From Curvularia clavata (taxonomy: Eukaryota), in contig CP089274.1 in assembly GCA_023920165.1 (NCBI GenBank), positions 3,782,001-3,846,000 of the forward strand: a stretch of 64,000 bases of DNA, given 5' to 3'. How positions within the stretch are numbered: position 1 is the stretch's first letter; each line of letters begins with the position of its first letter. The notes under the pieces are model-generated. The model ran no database searches, was not told the origin of the DNA, and saw only the letters and a list, made by a program, of their open reading frames with translations. The position numbers were made by a program, and so were the translations under genes. Shown in pieces: positions 48,532 through 61,187 of the stretch.

Positions 48532-48880
48532 TTATCGCACTGCCGAGGTGCCATCTTGGCCTGTAGCCGCATCACCAAGACCCTCGTCGTCGTCAGGCTC
48601 AGCATACGAGCCCGCCTGTTTCGCGGCGCCACGAGTGCGCTCGCTGATGATGTTGTCGCGGTCAATAGCGTCCTTCTCGTCGCGTTCTGTGGTCTATTAG
48701 AAAAGAGTGGCTTAAGTAAAGGTAGAACGACTAACCAAGCTGCATGTCGGAGTCACCGCCGTTATCGTACTCGGTGGCCTCGACGGGCGCCTCGTCTTGC
48801 AAGACGGGGATCTCGGACTGGCCGGTACGGGACTTGTAGTCGTTGCTGGGGGTGTCGTTGGACATGTCGTTGGAGCTCAT
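48532..48880 (-). CDS. Small acidic protein with a CHZ (histone chaperone)-like motif
   Basis: Not in the ORF track. Translation is MSSNDMSNDTPSNDYKSRTGQSEIPV...DSDMQL|ERDEKDAIDRDNIISERTRGAAKQAGSYAEPDDDEG..., with an intron at 48735-48687. Confidence 0.8.
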
Positions 48881-49994
48881 GATGATGGTTTGGTGAGACG
48901 GCGGGTAATGCTGAAAGTTTGGTGGATAGAAGAATTGTTCAGATGTGAGAGTAGATGAGGAGTGATGTTTGGAGCGAGTATAGGTGAGATCACAGCTCTT
49001 TATGTAGACCTTTCGAACTATTGCTTTACGTCATGAAGTCGATAGAAAGTATCACTGATATGCTGGGAGATCTAAACTCGATTGTGACATGGTGTTCAGA
49101 TCGCCTGGCATAGTTGTCCAGTTACCTATTGCTATGACAACATGGGCTTGATGATGCAACATGGTACCAGCCTCCCTTGCCGTAGCGACGGTGTGTACCG
49201 CAAGTGGGTAAGGATGTGCCGATCCGGGACGAGGGACCTGGCGTTGAAGGTGGAGTCTGCCTGCGGGATGCGGCTACAAATCTCGACGTTAACAGTGCCT
49301 TCGTATAATCTCATGGTAGAAACTGAACACAGATGAGGCATTGGTCGTCCTCCTTGTTTGTAGTCACACGCCTGCCCAAAGACAGCGTCTTGATGGTCAG
49401 CATGAAGACACAATCTACAGGAATAGTCCAAGCCCCTGTCAGCCCTGCGTCATGCCATCGCAAGAGGCACACTACTTTGCAAGCTCCCGGACCTTAGGGT
49501 GCACGCTATAGGTAGTCTCAGAGACCATTGTAGATATTTCATACCAGCATCAGTTCACGAAAGCGGGACGGTCGACGTCAACACCAGATTAGCGCCAGGG
49601 GCCGTATGGGGCTCTTTGTCTGGACCCGAGATTGGCGAGATCGATCATGCATGAGAAATGTGGATTTTGCGAGAATTCGATGACGACGGATCGGAAACTT
49701 TGTTTTGAGGATGGCTGGGAGTGACGTTCGACGTTAGCTGCACTGACGCGAAACGCGAGATCGCGACGTCACGAAGCAACGACATGAGGACGCCACTTAT
49801 GCTAGTATCCAGCAGACCCTTGCAAGGCTCATTCAGTTAGTCCTTGTATATTAGAAAAGATTCATTTAGCATAAAAATAAAATGTCCATCGCTGCTTAAT
49901 ACATGACAGTCCCGCGACTACACAGATATAGTACATGCACAAAGTACAACGCCTAGATGCAAACAAATTATCAAATCAAGCACGTAAGCGCACT

Positions 49995-51181
49995 CTACGC
50001 GCTCGAGCTCGCTTCGACGGTTCCGCTTTCGCTCGTGTCTTTCTTCGCTTCCTCAGTCTTCTTTGCAGCAGCCATTTGCCACGCTGGGATGGCGGCGCGT
50101 CCAGTGGGCATCCTGCTGCTGTACGAGGCCATAGGCGTCGTAGTACCGTTCGTCTGGTTCTCAGTAGCGCTGGTGCTATTGGTCTGCTCAGCAGGTGCGG
50201 GTGTAGATGGGGGCTGAGGGGTAGACGTCGAAGCCGCAGATGTGCCGTTCGCATTGGGTGTCTGAGGAGCACTCTGTTGCTGGCCCGCACCGTAGTAGCC
50301 TGACGGGGCCTGTGGACGGGGCGCAGCAGAGCCCATTCTGTTTGCCATCAACGTCTTCAAGCTCTTAAGCTCGGTAGAGAGCTCTTTTAGTCTGTTGTCG
50401 GTGGCTTCCTTATGAGACTCCAATGCCTTGGGGATCAAGTCCCTCAAACCGCGGACGTCATCCTCAATTCGTCGATTGTCATCTCCTTGTCTCTTGGATG
50501 ATTCCTTGAGGCTCGCCAGGACGCTTTCCACCTCGCCTAGCGCGTCGTCAAGTCTTGCTGTCCTTGCTTCCTCTGATGCCTTGAGTGCGGTTGTGTCGGT
50601 GTTGAGTTGCTCGAGAAGGTCAAAAGCGCGCTTGAATGATTCATCAACGGAGGCCTTGTCTTGCTCTAGCTGTGGCTGCGTAGGTGGCTGTATTAGGGGT
50701 AGGACATATCGCTTGGCTGTGAAGTAGAGTCCATAGCCTACGCCACCCATGACCGTTGCCATGATGAAGTAGTCGCGCCAGTCGCGTTTCGGCGGTCTAT
50801 ATCTGTCAGGTGTTGTCCTCAAGCACTTGGAATCGCTACATACTCTGGTGGTGGAGGCGGCGGTTGCCAGTATCCTTGTGGGGGATAGCTCGCATATGGA
50901 GCTGCTGGCGGCGGTCTGTATGCATTGCTGCTGGCTACTGCGGATGTCTGGGGCGGAGGGGAGGGCTGGCTGGGGTCTTCGGCAGCACGCGCGAGAGAGA
51001 CATCAATTTCCTCCTGGGTGAGGTTCTTGGACTGAAGGAATGCTATCCGCTTCTCCAGGGGCGCGCTGGCAACGGATGGGTCTTGAAGGACTGGAGGCCA
51101 TTAGCATCGTCGCGTGCAGGGTCGTGGCTGTTATGTCTACTCACAAGAGACGGCCGACGTGATGAGATCCTCGCGCACCAT
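49995..51181 (-). CDS. PEX14: Peroxisomal membrane docking protein Pex14
   Basis: N-terminal domain MVREDLITSAVS|FLQDPSVASAPLEKRIAFLQSKNLTQEEI, then RDWRDYFIMATVMGGVGYGLY, a coiled coil and IPAWQM. Two introns. Confidence 0.95.
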
Positions 51182-53157
51182 CTTGGCTACACGTTATGCA
51201 GCGCCTGTTACCGGCGCAGGCAGTGGTTGATGATAAAGCTGGGGGAGTCGCGAACTGACGATCGACCCACGGGTTGAGGTAGAGTATGCCTCGGCTCCTT
51301 TGCGTCGGCGGTCGGTTCCGCGTTAGTCTCACGTGGGACCGCCGCATCGCTTTTCCGACTCTGACTCTCCGACGCGACGCACCGCGATTAATGCTGGACA
51401 CGGCACTGGATGCTCATCTCAGTTAACGACTACCGCTCATTGACTATCGCTACCAAAATTGCGTGATTTGGCAGATTGAACAAGACGGCTAGGCATGCCT
51501 TAGAGTTCGTCTTCACACAATATAAGCTACACGTTTCATTGCACAAGAAACATATGAAGATTTCAATATCGGTAACTGCGTACACCCCTCTCAGTTCTCA
51601 ACTAAAGATCGACTGGCTATTAGAAGTTACTAAGAGAATAATGAACAATACATGATTGTGAAAATTACAGCTACTTGCAAACGGCCTTCCTCACCTGTGT
51701 CGCCATCTCACCACTCTCTGCTCTAGTTGTAGTTTTGGACATAACATTCTTAAGTAGCATTATAGATGAAGCGCTGCCGCATGATCACTTTCGAACTTTG
51801 CCTTGTAAAGGTGGCTGTCTTACCTAGTAAGTGATCAAAAAGTGAGTTCACGGCACTAGAGAACTAATCACTTTCAATCTTATTAGTGAAGGTGTCTCAT
51901 GTTTCAATACTGATTTCACTGGGGCCTGGTAGCCTAGCACATGACACTCTTACCTCTGAGCGTCACACAGCCTGTATCAGGAGGTCTGGCATGACTCCGT
52001 GATTCGGAATCCACCAAGAAATTTACTCTTTGCTATCTTTGCTTTCACCTGACTTCACGTAACCACACAGCCCCGAGTGCGCGTCTGCATACCACGGCAC
52101 TTCTGCACAGACTTGTCATCTCCCATTGACCGTTCATTCCACGTCTCAATGAACACAATATTTCCCCATCTCTTAAGGAGCAATTAGCTAAGAGCTGCGA
52201 TGAAATATAACACCGTGGGCTATAACACCCATCCCACAAGCATGGATACCATAATCACGGCATCACTAGTGCAAGTTTTTGACGCCTACACTCGGTTGGC
52301 ACGTATTTGAATGGGTTCTTTGAGTCCTAAGGTCCCTGGCAGTAAGCGAACTCAAAACTGCGAATCCTTTTCAGGACAGAGGGAAGAACAAGATTTTAGG
52401 AGATTTGAAAGCGAGATGAAGATGATTCCACGTCTAGAATGAAACCCGTCGACGCTTAAGCAAAGATAAAGTTCAATCGAATTATGATATCCGATTCGAA
52501 GTGCGCATTATTCCCACCTTTGCAAACAATGCCTTCAAGGTGGTTGACCGTTATTTCCTTTCCTGGTTCATTGCATGTATTTGCCACACCTTAACCAACA
52601 CCCACTAATCTCGAACGCATCTATAGCTTTCAAGTTCTTCGTTTGCATGGATGACTATATTTGCTACAAGATATCCAACAATTACTTTGTATAAATTGTT
52701 TAGAGTGTAGAAAATTTCGATTCTACAATTGATTGTGCTTGTCATACGATACTCAGTAATCACTCAGATTGGAGATATATTGAAGCACACAAACTTCCTT
52801 TCTGTCCCAACGATTGCATTGCCGCGAATTACTGATGGTTGGCATAGCCAATAGCTTTTTGTAAGATTCTGGCGATTTACATTACGTGACTGATTAACCG
52901 AGTACATGTCGTAAACCACCTCGCAGCAACCAAAACCCACAACAACGACATGACAATGGTATTTATAGTTGCTGTAGTGTGTAGGATCAATGTACTATCA
53001 AAAGATTTTTTACAGCGCCCAAAATATCATTGAGAGGTGTAGGGTACGATGAATGTGCGTTCTCACCACCACGCCAAGGCCATCGCGGCGAAAAGCAAAA
53101 AGAGACATAAACACAGAAGCAAAAAGGAAGAAATGGAGTAAAACGAACCAAAAACTA

Positions 53158-53229
53158 CGACACCAGTGGGACTCGAACCCACAATCTTTGCCACCGGAAA
53201 GCAACGCCTTACCATTAGGCCATGGTGCC
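53158..53229 (-). tRNA. tRNA-Arg(CCG), intronless
   Basis: Minus strand: acceptor GGCACCA/TGGTGTC, D-arm GCCT-AATGGTA-AGGC, anticodon arm TTGCT-TTCCGGT-GGCAA, T-arm GTGGG-TTCGAGT-CCCAC, and a downstream T-run. Confidence 0.93.
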
Positions 53230-53469
53230 TGGCTTATTCTAGGATGTTGATTTCGAAGAATGTCGTTTTGTAGAATTGCAAAATTGATATTGGCAAGCAT
53301 TTGGATTGTAATCCATTGGCAAGAGTGATAGCCGACATCCGAGCTTGTGAACCCCAACCACCGCCATGCCTGGTTGATCGCACCTTGAGTTTACAACCCC
53401 GCACTAGTGTTCCTTAACAAACTCAGACATCAAGTCTTCCAATTGGTTTCGCGTCGTCACCTCCTCGTC

Positions 53470-55047
53470 ATGCTGGCGGCAAGAGCATCGCGATGTGCAC
53501 CAAAGAATGCACATGTCATGAGACTTGGATTGCAGCCTGTAACATGCTCCCAGGTAAAGGCAGTTATTGCCCTAAATTGTTTGCGGGCTGGCTAACATAT
53601 TCAGATCTTTGCCGCCTCGAAGTACTCGACAGCTTCTGGTACCACTGATAATCCAGGTGTTGGAGAGCAAACAAGTAAGAATGCGAGCAAATCGCCGACA
53701 GGCGTGCCATATGCAAGCAGATTTTCGAAGACCAAACGTTCTTACTATCTCGGCAAGGCTGACCCTGCAAGAACCAAGAATATGAACAACTTTCTTGTTC
53801 AATCACTGTACGAATTGAACCTGCTGCATCACCGACGTCGTGGGCTTCGCGAGGCACTACGAGGCCCGTATAAAGTGCGAACTACTGCTTTTGTTCCTAA
53901 AAAGACAGAAGACGTCAAACTAGAAGATGGAAAAGTCTATGTTGGCCGCAAACCGGTTCCTAACATCTGGTTGAGGGACAATTGCCAGTGCGCAACCTGC
54001 ATGCATGACGCGACTAAGCAGCGATTGCTTGACACATTTTCTATCCCGAAGGACATTGCAATCAAGGCGCATTCTTTCGAGAGTAACGATAGCGTGTTGA
54101 AGATTGAATGGTCAGACGGGCACACAAGTAGTTATCCTTGCTCTCTGCTGAGGCAGACGCTGATGACGGAGACATCAAGAGTGGTTCAGCGTCTCGGCCT
54201 GACCGAGCTGTCTCTTTGGGACTCGTCAGTTGCGTCCAATCCGCCAGCAGTGCATTATGAAGCAGTCACGAATGGAGACCTTACCGGTCTGCTAAAGCAC
54301 TTGCGCAAATATGGATTCTGCTACGTCGACAATACACCCTTTGAGAACCCGGAAGACACAAAAGCGCTGCTTGAAAAGATTGCATTCATAAGGGAAACAC
54401 ATTACGGCGGGTTCTACGATTTTACGGCCGATCTCGCAAGCAAGGACACTGCATATACCAACATCGCCCTTGAAGCGCACACTGACACAACGTACTTTTC
54501 TGATCCCGCAGGACTACAAGCGTTCCACCTGCTGTCGCACACGGACGGTGAGGGCGGTGCTAGCCTGCTCGTTGACGGCTTCAAGGTTGCTGACGAGCTG
54601 CTCAAGACGGACCCGAAAGCGTATGAAGTTCTCGCGACTGTGAAGGTCAATGGCCACGCCTCGGGTAATGAGGGTATATCCATTCAGCCTTATCGCGGCT
54701 TCCCCGTGCTGGAACACGACACTGCAACGGGCGACCTTTTGCGCGTACGCTGGAACTCGTCGGATCGTGCATCCATTGAGCTGCCTATTCAAGATGTAGA
54801 AGTCTGGTATGATGCGGCTAGGAAGTTTGATGCGTTGCTGAAAAAGAAAGAGAATGAATATTGGGAGCAGCTGAAGCCTGGACGGGTGCTGATCTTTGAC
54901 AACTGGAGAGTGCTGCATGGACGGAGCAGCTTTACTGGAAAGCGAAGGATTTGTGGAGCGTACATCAACAGAGATGACTGGATTAGCAAGTTCAAGATGG
55001 CCGAGTTTGGACAGGCCAAGGTCTTGGAGGGGCTGGCTGTGAACTAG
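53470..55047 (+). CDS. Trimethyllysine dioxygenase (carnitine biosynthesis; Fe/2OG TauD-like), mitochondrial
   Basis: Zn-binding WLRDNCQC..C...TKQR, then W.DGH, HTD facial triad (LEAHTDTTYF) and DNWRVLHGR. A presequence exon at 53470-53553 is joined in frame by intron 53554-53604. Confidence 0.9.
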
Positions 55048-55206
55048 AGAGTCCAATGAGGAGTCCAAAATGGGGGTCGGTCGGATACCAAGAATCAAGG
55101 AGCAAAAAGAAGGACAAATATTCCTGACTTGGCTTGTTGAACCTATTTACAGCCACTTTGACTAAAGAAAAAAACAACATTTTCATCTGTGTCAACCACT
55201 GCTGGT

Positions 55207-55954
55207 CTATCGACCTTCCCTGGCGAGCCTCTCCTGCTCAAGCTCCAGCTCAGCCTGTCGGTAGTACTTGGCAGTGTCAACACCGTGGTAGGGGTGGTTG
55301 ACAAAGTTTGGCCATGGAATGACGTGAGCGAATGTGGCCGCATAGCGCGAGTTCCTGTGGGCGACTCCCTGCATGTACTCGGTCATCTCCGACTTTCCGT
55401 ACAGAGGCTCGCCCTTCTTGACCTTGTCAACCATTTCACGCATGTCCATCTCGACCTCACGGCGGTTCTCACGCGCACCGTAGAAACGCACTGGTGTGTG
55501 TTAGCATGTGGGGGAAATGTCTGGAGCACATTCCCGCGTCTGACGTACTGCATGACCTCGTGTAGGCAAACATGAAGCATCCGGACACACCGACGGCGCC
55601 GGCCAGTCGCATGACGGGGGCGAAACCGCCCTTGCCGACCATAGAGGGCGACACCTTTTCCCAGTAGAGCATCAGTCCAGGGCTCAAAGCTCCGAGGGCG
55701 GCACCGTAGCCCCAGTCCGAGGGGCGGGTATACCGCATCACACGGGAGAAGTGCCTTCAGCTGGGGTCAGTCATGGCACAGGGCGGCAGAGACAGAAGAA
55801 GCGTACGGGTCATTGTCGATGAGCTGTAGGGTATTAGTTTCTGGCAGCCATTGGCGGGCGGGGGACGGCGCAATGGACCTACAGGGTACTCTCCGGTGGG
55901 AAGCTTGTCCGGCACGACAGCCTGGTGCCTGACTGCAGCGTCTGCGTTGGACAT
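55207..55954 (-). CDS. NADH:ubiquinone oxidoreductase 20.9 kDa accessory subunit (NUXM)
   Basis: EYP|LIDNDP|HFSRVMRYTRPSD, RFYGARENRREVEMDMREM and PWPNFVNHPYHGVDTAKYY. Three introns, including a 17-nt microexon. Confidence 0.92.
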
Positions 55955-56183
55955 GGTGGTGTTGCGGGTCGCTACTGCGGAGAGGATGCTTGAGGCGGTT
56001 CGCGAGTGAGGTTGGATGCAGCGTCTTGGCACTGCGGGCCGTCATGACTTGGGCCTTCCGCAACGCCATCCACTCCAGAAACTTTACTTCTTGGCGCGTC
56101 ACCACCTCTATCGCGCATCCCAGTGCGTCAACAATGCGCGCCCGCCCTCTCACGTGCGCCCACAAATACTCACCATCGCGATC

Positions 56184-59100
56184 ATGGCCATGAAGCCCGA
56201 CCACATGGAGGACGTCAAGCCGACGGGCGACTCTATGTCTATCAAAAACTCCGGCGGCGCGTCCGCTGAACATGCGCATGCGCCCGACCTGACCAGCCTG
56301 CACGCCCGCCCCACTGTCGCCGACCTACACGGAGAGAACCACTTCGCGCAGGTCGCGAGGAAGAATTGGCTAGCCGCAAAGAAGACACCTAAGGTGCGCC
56401 CTGAGGTGGTCAAGAAGGAGCTATGGGACGAGCTCGAGAGCGGCGACTTTGCATATTCGTCGCTTTTGATTCTGGAGAACCTGCAGCTGCTGGAGAGATA
56501 TCTCTGGCCTGGTTTCACAGAGGATGCATCTAACTACCACCATCTGCTGCTGGCGCTCATGGTCAATGTTAAGAGGAGGGAGAACTTGTCTTGTTGGGGT
56601 ACGTAGCGCTGCTGCCGCTGGTTAGTAAAAAACATTGCGCTGACACTATGCAGAGCACTTTTCAAGCAACCCTGCCGGATTCTCGTCCTTCTTCCGCCGC
56701 ATCTTATCCATGACCGTGGACCCATCGCAACCGAGCAAGATCCGAACACAGCTCATATCCTTCGTCATTGGCGCCTTCCAATCTCTTGATAGTGGTCTGG
56801 TGCGAAAAGAGTGCGCCCCTCTGGTCGGCATATCGATATGGCAAAACCTCCACTCAGAAGCTGTGCGCGAGCAGTACTTCGAGGAACACAGCATGCTGCG
56901 CAAAGCCTGGAGAGCTGCATCTAAGCGATTCGACGCTGGAGACGATGCGCTGCAGGCCCGGCTACGGTTCGAGCGGTCATGGCTCTACACACTTCTTCTG
57001 GATTTCATTGACCGGTTATACAACAGCAACACCCGGCAAGACATGAGGGACAACATGGCCTATTGCGAACGCTTTATGGAGCTTCTAATAGACCTGCAGA
57101 GCCAGCTGCCGACCAGGAGATATGTGAACACTCTATTGAAGGATCTGAATATGCTCTCAGCAATCCGGTTATCGCCTATGTACGCCGACGAGGACAACGG
57201 CCTGTTTCGCGACCTATTCGACCTGCTCAGCCACTTCACCGACTTCCCTATCGAGGATCAGACTGGTAGACAGTTGTCGAAGCTCGAGTACGACCAGCAG
57301 CACTATGATATTTTGTCCAAGCTACAACGAACAGGCTACGCTGCATTCCAGGAGAAGCTTCAGCTCATGGCCCTGGCGAACTACAAGAGCATCGGGAACA
57401 GGGAAGAGCTGGATGGACATCTTCGTACATTGAGTGACGACGAGCTTGTTGAGCTTTGCACACTCATGGGATTACGAACCGAGTACCCAGCAAACACCCA
57501 CCTAGTGCGTGACCGTGCTTTCTACATGGAGACGCTGACTACGCTTGTCGAGCAACGGCCAACTTTCAAGGACGTAGTCCGAGATATGCCGGTGCTACCA
57601 ACAGAGAAGATTCTGTATGAAACCACGTTCTTACGAAACGAGTCCTACGATGGCTCGAGACCGCTTGCGATTCCCAAGTTGAACCTCCAGTACTTGACCA
57701 TGGGCGACTTCCTTTGGAGATCATTCATTCTATATAGGGCCGAGTCGTTCTACGGCATTCGAAAGGACATGGAAGACGTAGTGAAACGCGTAAAACCGAA
57801 AGGCAGAGGCATGAACACCAAGTTTGGTGGCGTATCAAAAATGTCACTGCCTATCATGAAGCCTGCTATTGTCGACGTAGCCCCATCCAAAGTCGGAGAG
57901 GAACATCCGGCATATGTTCGAGCAGAGATTATACTCGACGTCAGTCGGCTGCAGTATCCAGTTCGGCGGGATTGGGAACAGCTCCGACCAGATGATGTTG
58001 TCTTTCTCCTTGCTGTCGAGGGCAAAGACGATGTGCCTGTGCGTAACGGTCATCGTGGAGAAGTTCCCACTGGTGATGAACTTGGTCTGCATCGGATGCG
58101 GTGTGCTCAGGTCGTTCAAGTTCTAGACGACAAGGGTCGACCACTACGAGAGCAAGCTAACGATGATGGTTTTGGACCAAGGGCACGACAACGGCGACTC
58201 CTTGTTAACATCGACGCGAAGCAGTACCAGACCGACATGGACAACACTGCCAAAGGAGCGCCCAATGTCTACGAACAAATCAATCTCATTGTTCGTCGGA
58301 GAGGACGTGAGAACAACTTCTTGCCTATCCTCGAGTCCATCAAGCGCCTGACACTCTCGGATATCCCAGCACCATCTTGGCTGCAAGAAGTCTTTTTAGG
58401 CTACGGAGATCCTGCATCTGCAACCTACAAGCGACTTGCTAACCGGCTAAATAAGATTGACTTCCGCGATACCTTTTTGGATTGGCAGCACCTGGTTGAA
58501 TCGTTGCCTGGCAAATCTGTAGAGCCCCATGAGGAAGCACACACTTCTTTTGGGCCTCCATACGTTCTGGAATTCCCTGTCGTAGCCGAGCCAGAGGTTG
58601 CACCACCACGGGCGTCCAAGAAGCGGCGTCGTGACCAAGTCGAGGCTGCACCACCCGTGCAGGAATCCGTTAATGTGTCCACTTACAAACCTCCAAATAT
58701 GGGCCCCTATCCTGCGGATGCTCCGAAGCTGAACAAGATCCGGTTTACACCCGCCCAGATCGATGCCATCACGTCAGGAACTCAGCCTGGTCTGACAGTG
58801 GTGCTTGGACCACCAGGTACTGGCAAGACGGACGTTGCGACTCAGATTATATCCAATCTGTATCATAATTTCCCGGACCAGCGAACTTTGCTTGTTGCCC
58901 ACAGCAACCAAGCACTCAACCAACTGTTCCAGAAGATTGTGGCACTTGATATCGATGAACGTCACCTTTTGCGGTTAGGTCACGGCGAAGAGGACCTTGA
59001 GACGGATGCGAGCTACAGCAAGCATGGTAGAGTAGAGTCTTTCCTTGAAAGAGGGCAATACTATCTATCTGAGGTCGATCGTCTCGCGAAAAACTTTGGT

Positions 59101-60718
59101 GCACCAGGTGCTCACGGTAGCTCATGCGAGACCGCGGACTACTTCAATCTTGTCTATGTGAAGCCCGCATGGACGCAATATTGGGACAGCGTCACGTCTG
59201 CGGACACAAGCGTCGAGCAGATAATCCACGAGTTCCCATTCAAAGATTACTTCTCAAATGCACCCCAGCCTCTCTTCCCTCCGGCAGCAGACCGTCAGGA
59301 AATTTTGGAAATCGCACAAGGCTGCTATCGTCACGTCCAGAAGATCTTTGCGGAGCTCGAGGACATTCGCCCGTTTGAGCTTCTGCGAAACCCACGAGAC
59401 AAGGCAAACTATCTGCTTGTAAAGGAAGCTCGCATCATCGCAATGACATCGACGCATGCTGCCATGCGGAGACAAGAAATCGCATCGCTAGGTTTCCACT
59501 ACGACAACGTCATCATGGAAGAGGCTGCTCAAATCACCGAGATTGAAAACTTCATTCCACTGGCATTGCAGAACCCAAAGAACGGCGAACTTCCTTTGCA
59601 GCGCATTGTCCTCTGCGGTGACCACCTTCAAAACTCACCTGTCATTCAAAATCTTGCTTTCCGCCAATACGCCAACCTCGAACAGTCACTCTTCCAACGG
59701 CTTGTCCGCCTGGGCGTACCAACTATCATGCTCGACCAACAGGGTCGTGCCCGCCCATCCATCGCCGAGCTCTACAAGTGGCGCTACCCCTCGCTGTCTA
59801 ACTTGCCGTCTGTCATGTCCAACCCCGAATTCCAGATTGCCAACCCAGGCTTGAAGCACGAGTATCAATTCATCGATGTGCAAGACTACAAGGGCAAGGG
59901 CGAGGAGCAGCCCACACCACACTGGATGATTAACTTGGGCGAAGCCGAGTATGCGGTCGCTTTGTATATGTACATGCGACTTCTCGGGTACCCAGCAAAC
60001 AAGATTTCTATCCTGACTACGTATGCTGGCCAGAAGAGCTTGATAAACGACGTTCTCAGTCACAAGTGCAAGAACAACCCGTTGTTCGGTCGCCCAAGGA
60101 TAGTAGCTACGGTGGATAAGTACCAGGGTGAGCAAAACGACTGTAAGTTTCCCCATACGCATTCTTCTTTTCAGGCTTACTGGGAGCTTTACTGACTTGA
60201 TTCTTCCACAAACAGACATCATTCTCTCCCTGGTCCGCACCCGCTCAATAGGCTACTTACGCTCCATCCGGCGCCTCACCGTAGCCCTTTCCCGCGCCCG
60301 CCTGGGCCTGTACATCCTCGGCCGTCGCTCCGTCTTCGAGTCGGTCTTCGAGCTCAAACCCGCCTTTGACATCTTATTCCAGCGCCCAGACAAGCTCGAA
60401 CTCGTCACTGACGAAATGTTCGGCGAGACTCGCCGGGCAGTTGATGCCACGGATCCCGTGCCCGGCGAGGCCCAGATGCAGGACGTGGAGCATCTGGGTA
60501 AGTATGTGTACGAAATGACCAAAGCAAAGGTCGAAGCTATCAAGGCAAATGGTGGCGTTATGCCTAGTACAGCGCCTGAAGTGCAGATGAGCGATGATGG
60601 CGTGAATGGTGTCGCCCCTCCACCTGAGGAGGATGAGGACGACGACCGCCCTGAGAATGTGCTTGTTCCTGAAGAGGTTGCTGAGGTATTTGATGGCGAA
60701 GACGAGGACGAAGTGTAA
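56184..60718 (+). CDS. CWF11: Intron-binding spliceosomal SF1 RNA helicase Aquarius (Cwf11)
   Basis: LENLQLLERYLWP, LQSQLPTRRY, LAIPKLNLQYLT, Walker A GPPGTGKT, MEEAAQ and TVDKYQGEQND. Introns at about 56599-56653 and 60143-60215. Confidence 0.96.
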
Positions 60719-61187
60719 GCCGTGTATTTCAAGACCACCGCAAAAGAGACAGCAAGCAAGAATCATGAACAGAGTGGGAATCACTTTCTATTTTCATGGT
60801 AATCACACTCCTGAAACATATTACTCGGACTGAAAAAGGGCTTGTTTATTTGTTTGTTTGCATCAGGGTGGCGTAATCGATGTATTTTATATAATCCTAA
60901 CCTGCGTTCTCTTTCCATCCACAAACCCAGTTCACACATCCTTTTTTTTTCTCACTAGATCGTCATATGAAAGAGCCATGCATTTATTCATGTGAGCGAT
61001 AGGATGTGCAGAAGAATAAAAGTGGTATCGAGATTTTATATTTCCTTTCACCGCCCCACATTTTACGCGGGTGATTTGTACCGCCAAATGCCCACGTTCG
61101 ATGCATCCAAGAACGCCGCGACGCCCATGATATATCATCTATACGTAACCAAAACCCAAAAGAGATGATTGGTACTCTATGACCACA

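Noticed and set aside
51200..53150. AT-richer intergenic stretch as a transposon or RIP relic
   Set aside because: No terminal repeats, target-site duplication, transposase or RT remnants were found. Only a weak imperfect hairpin near 51830-51885.
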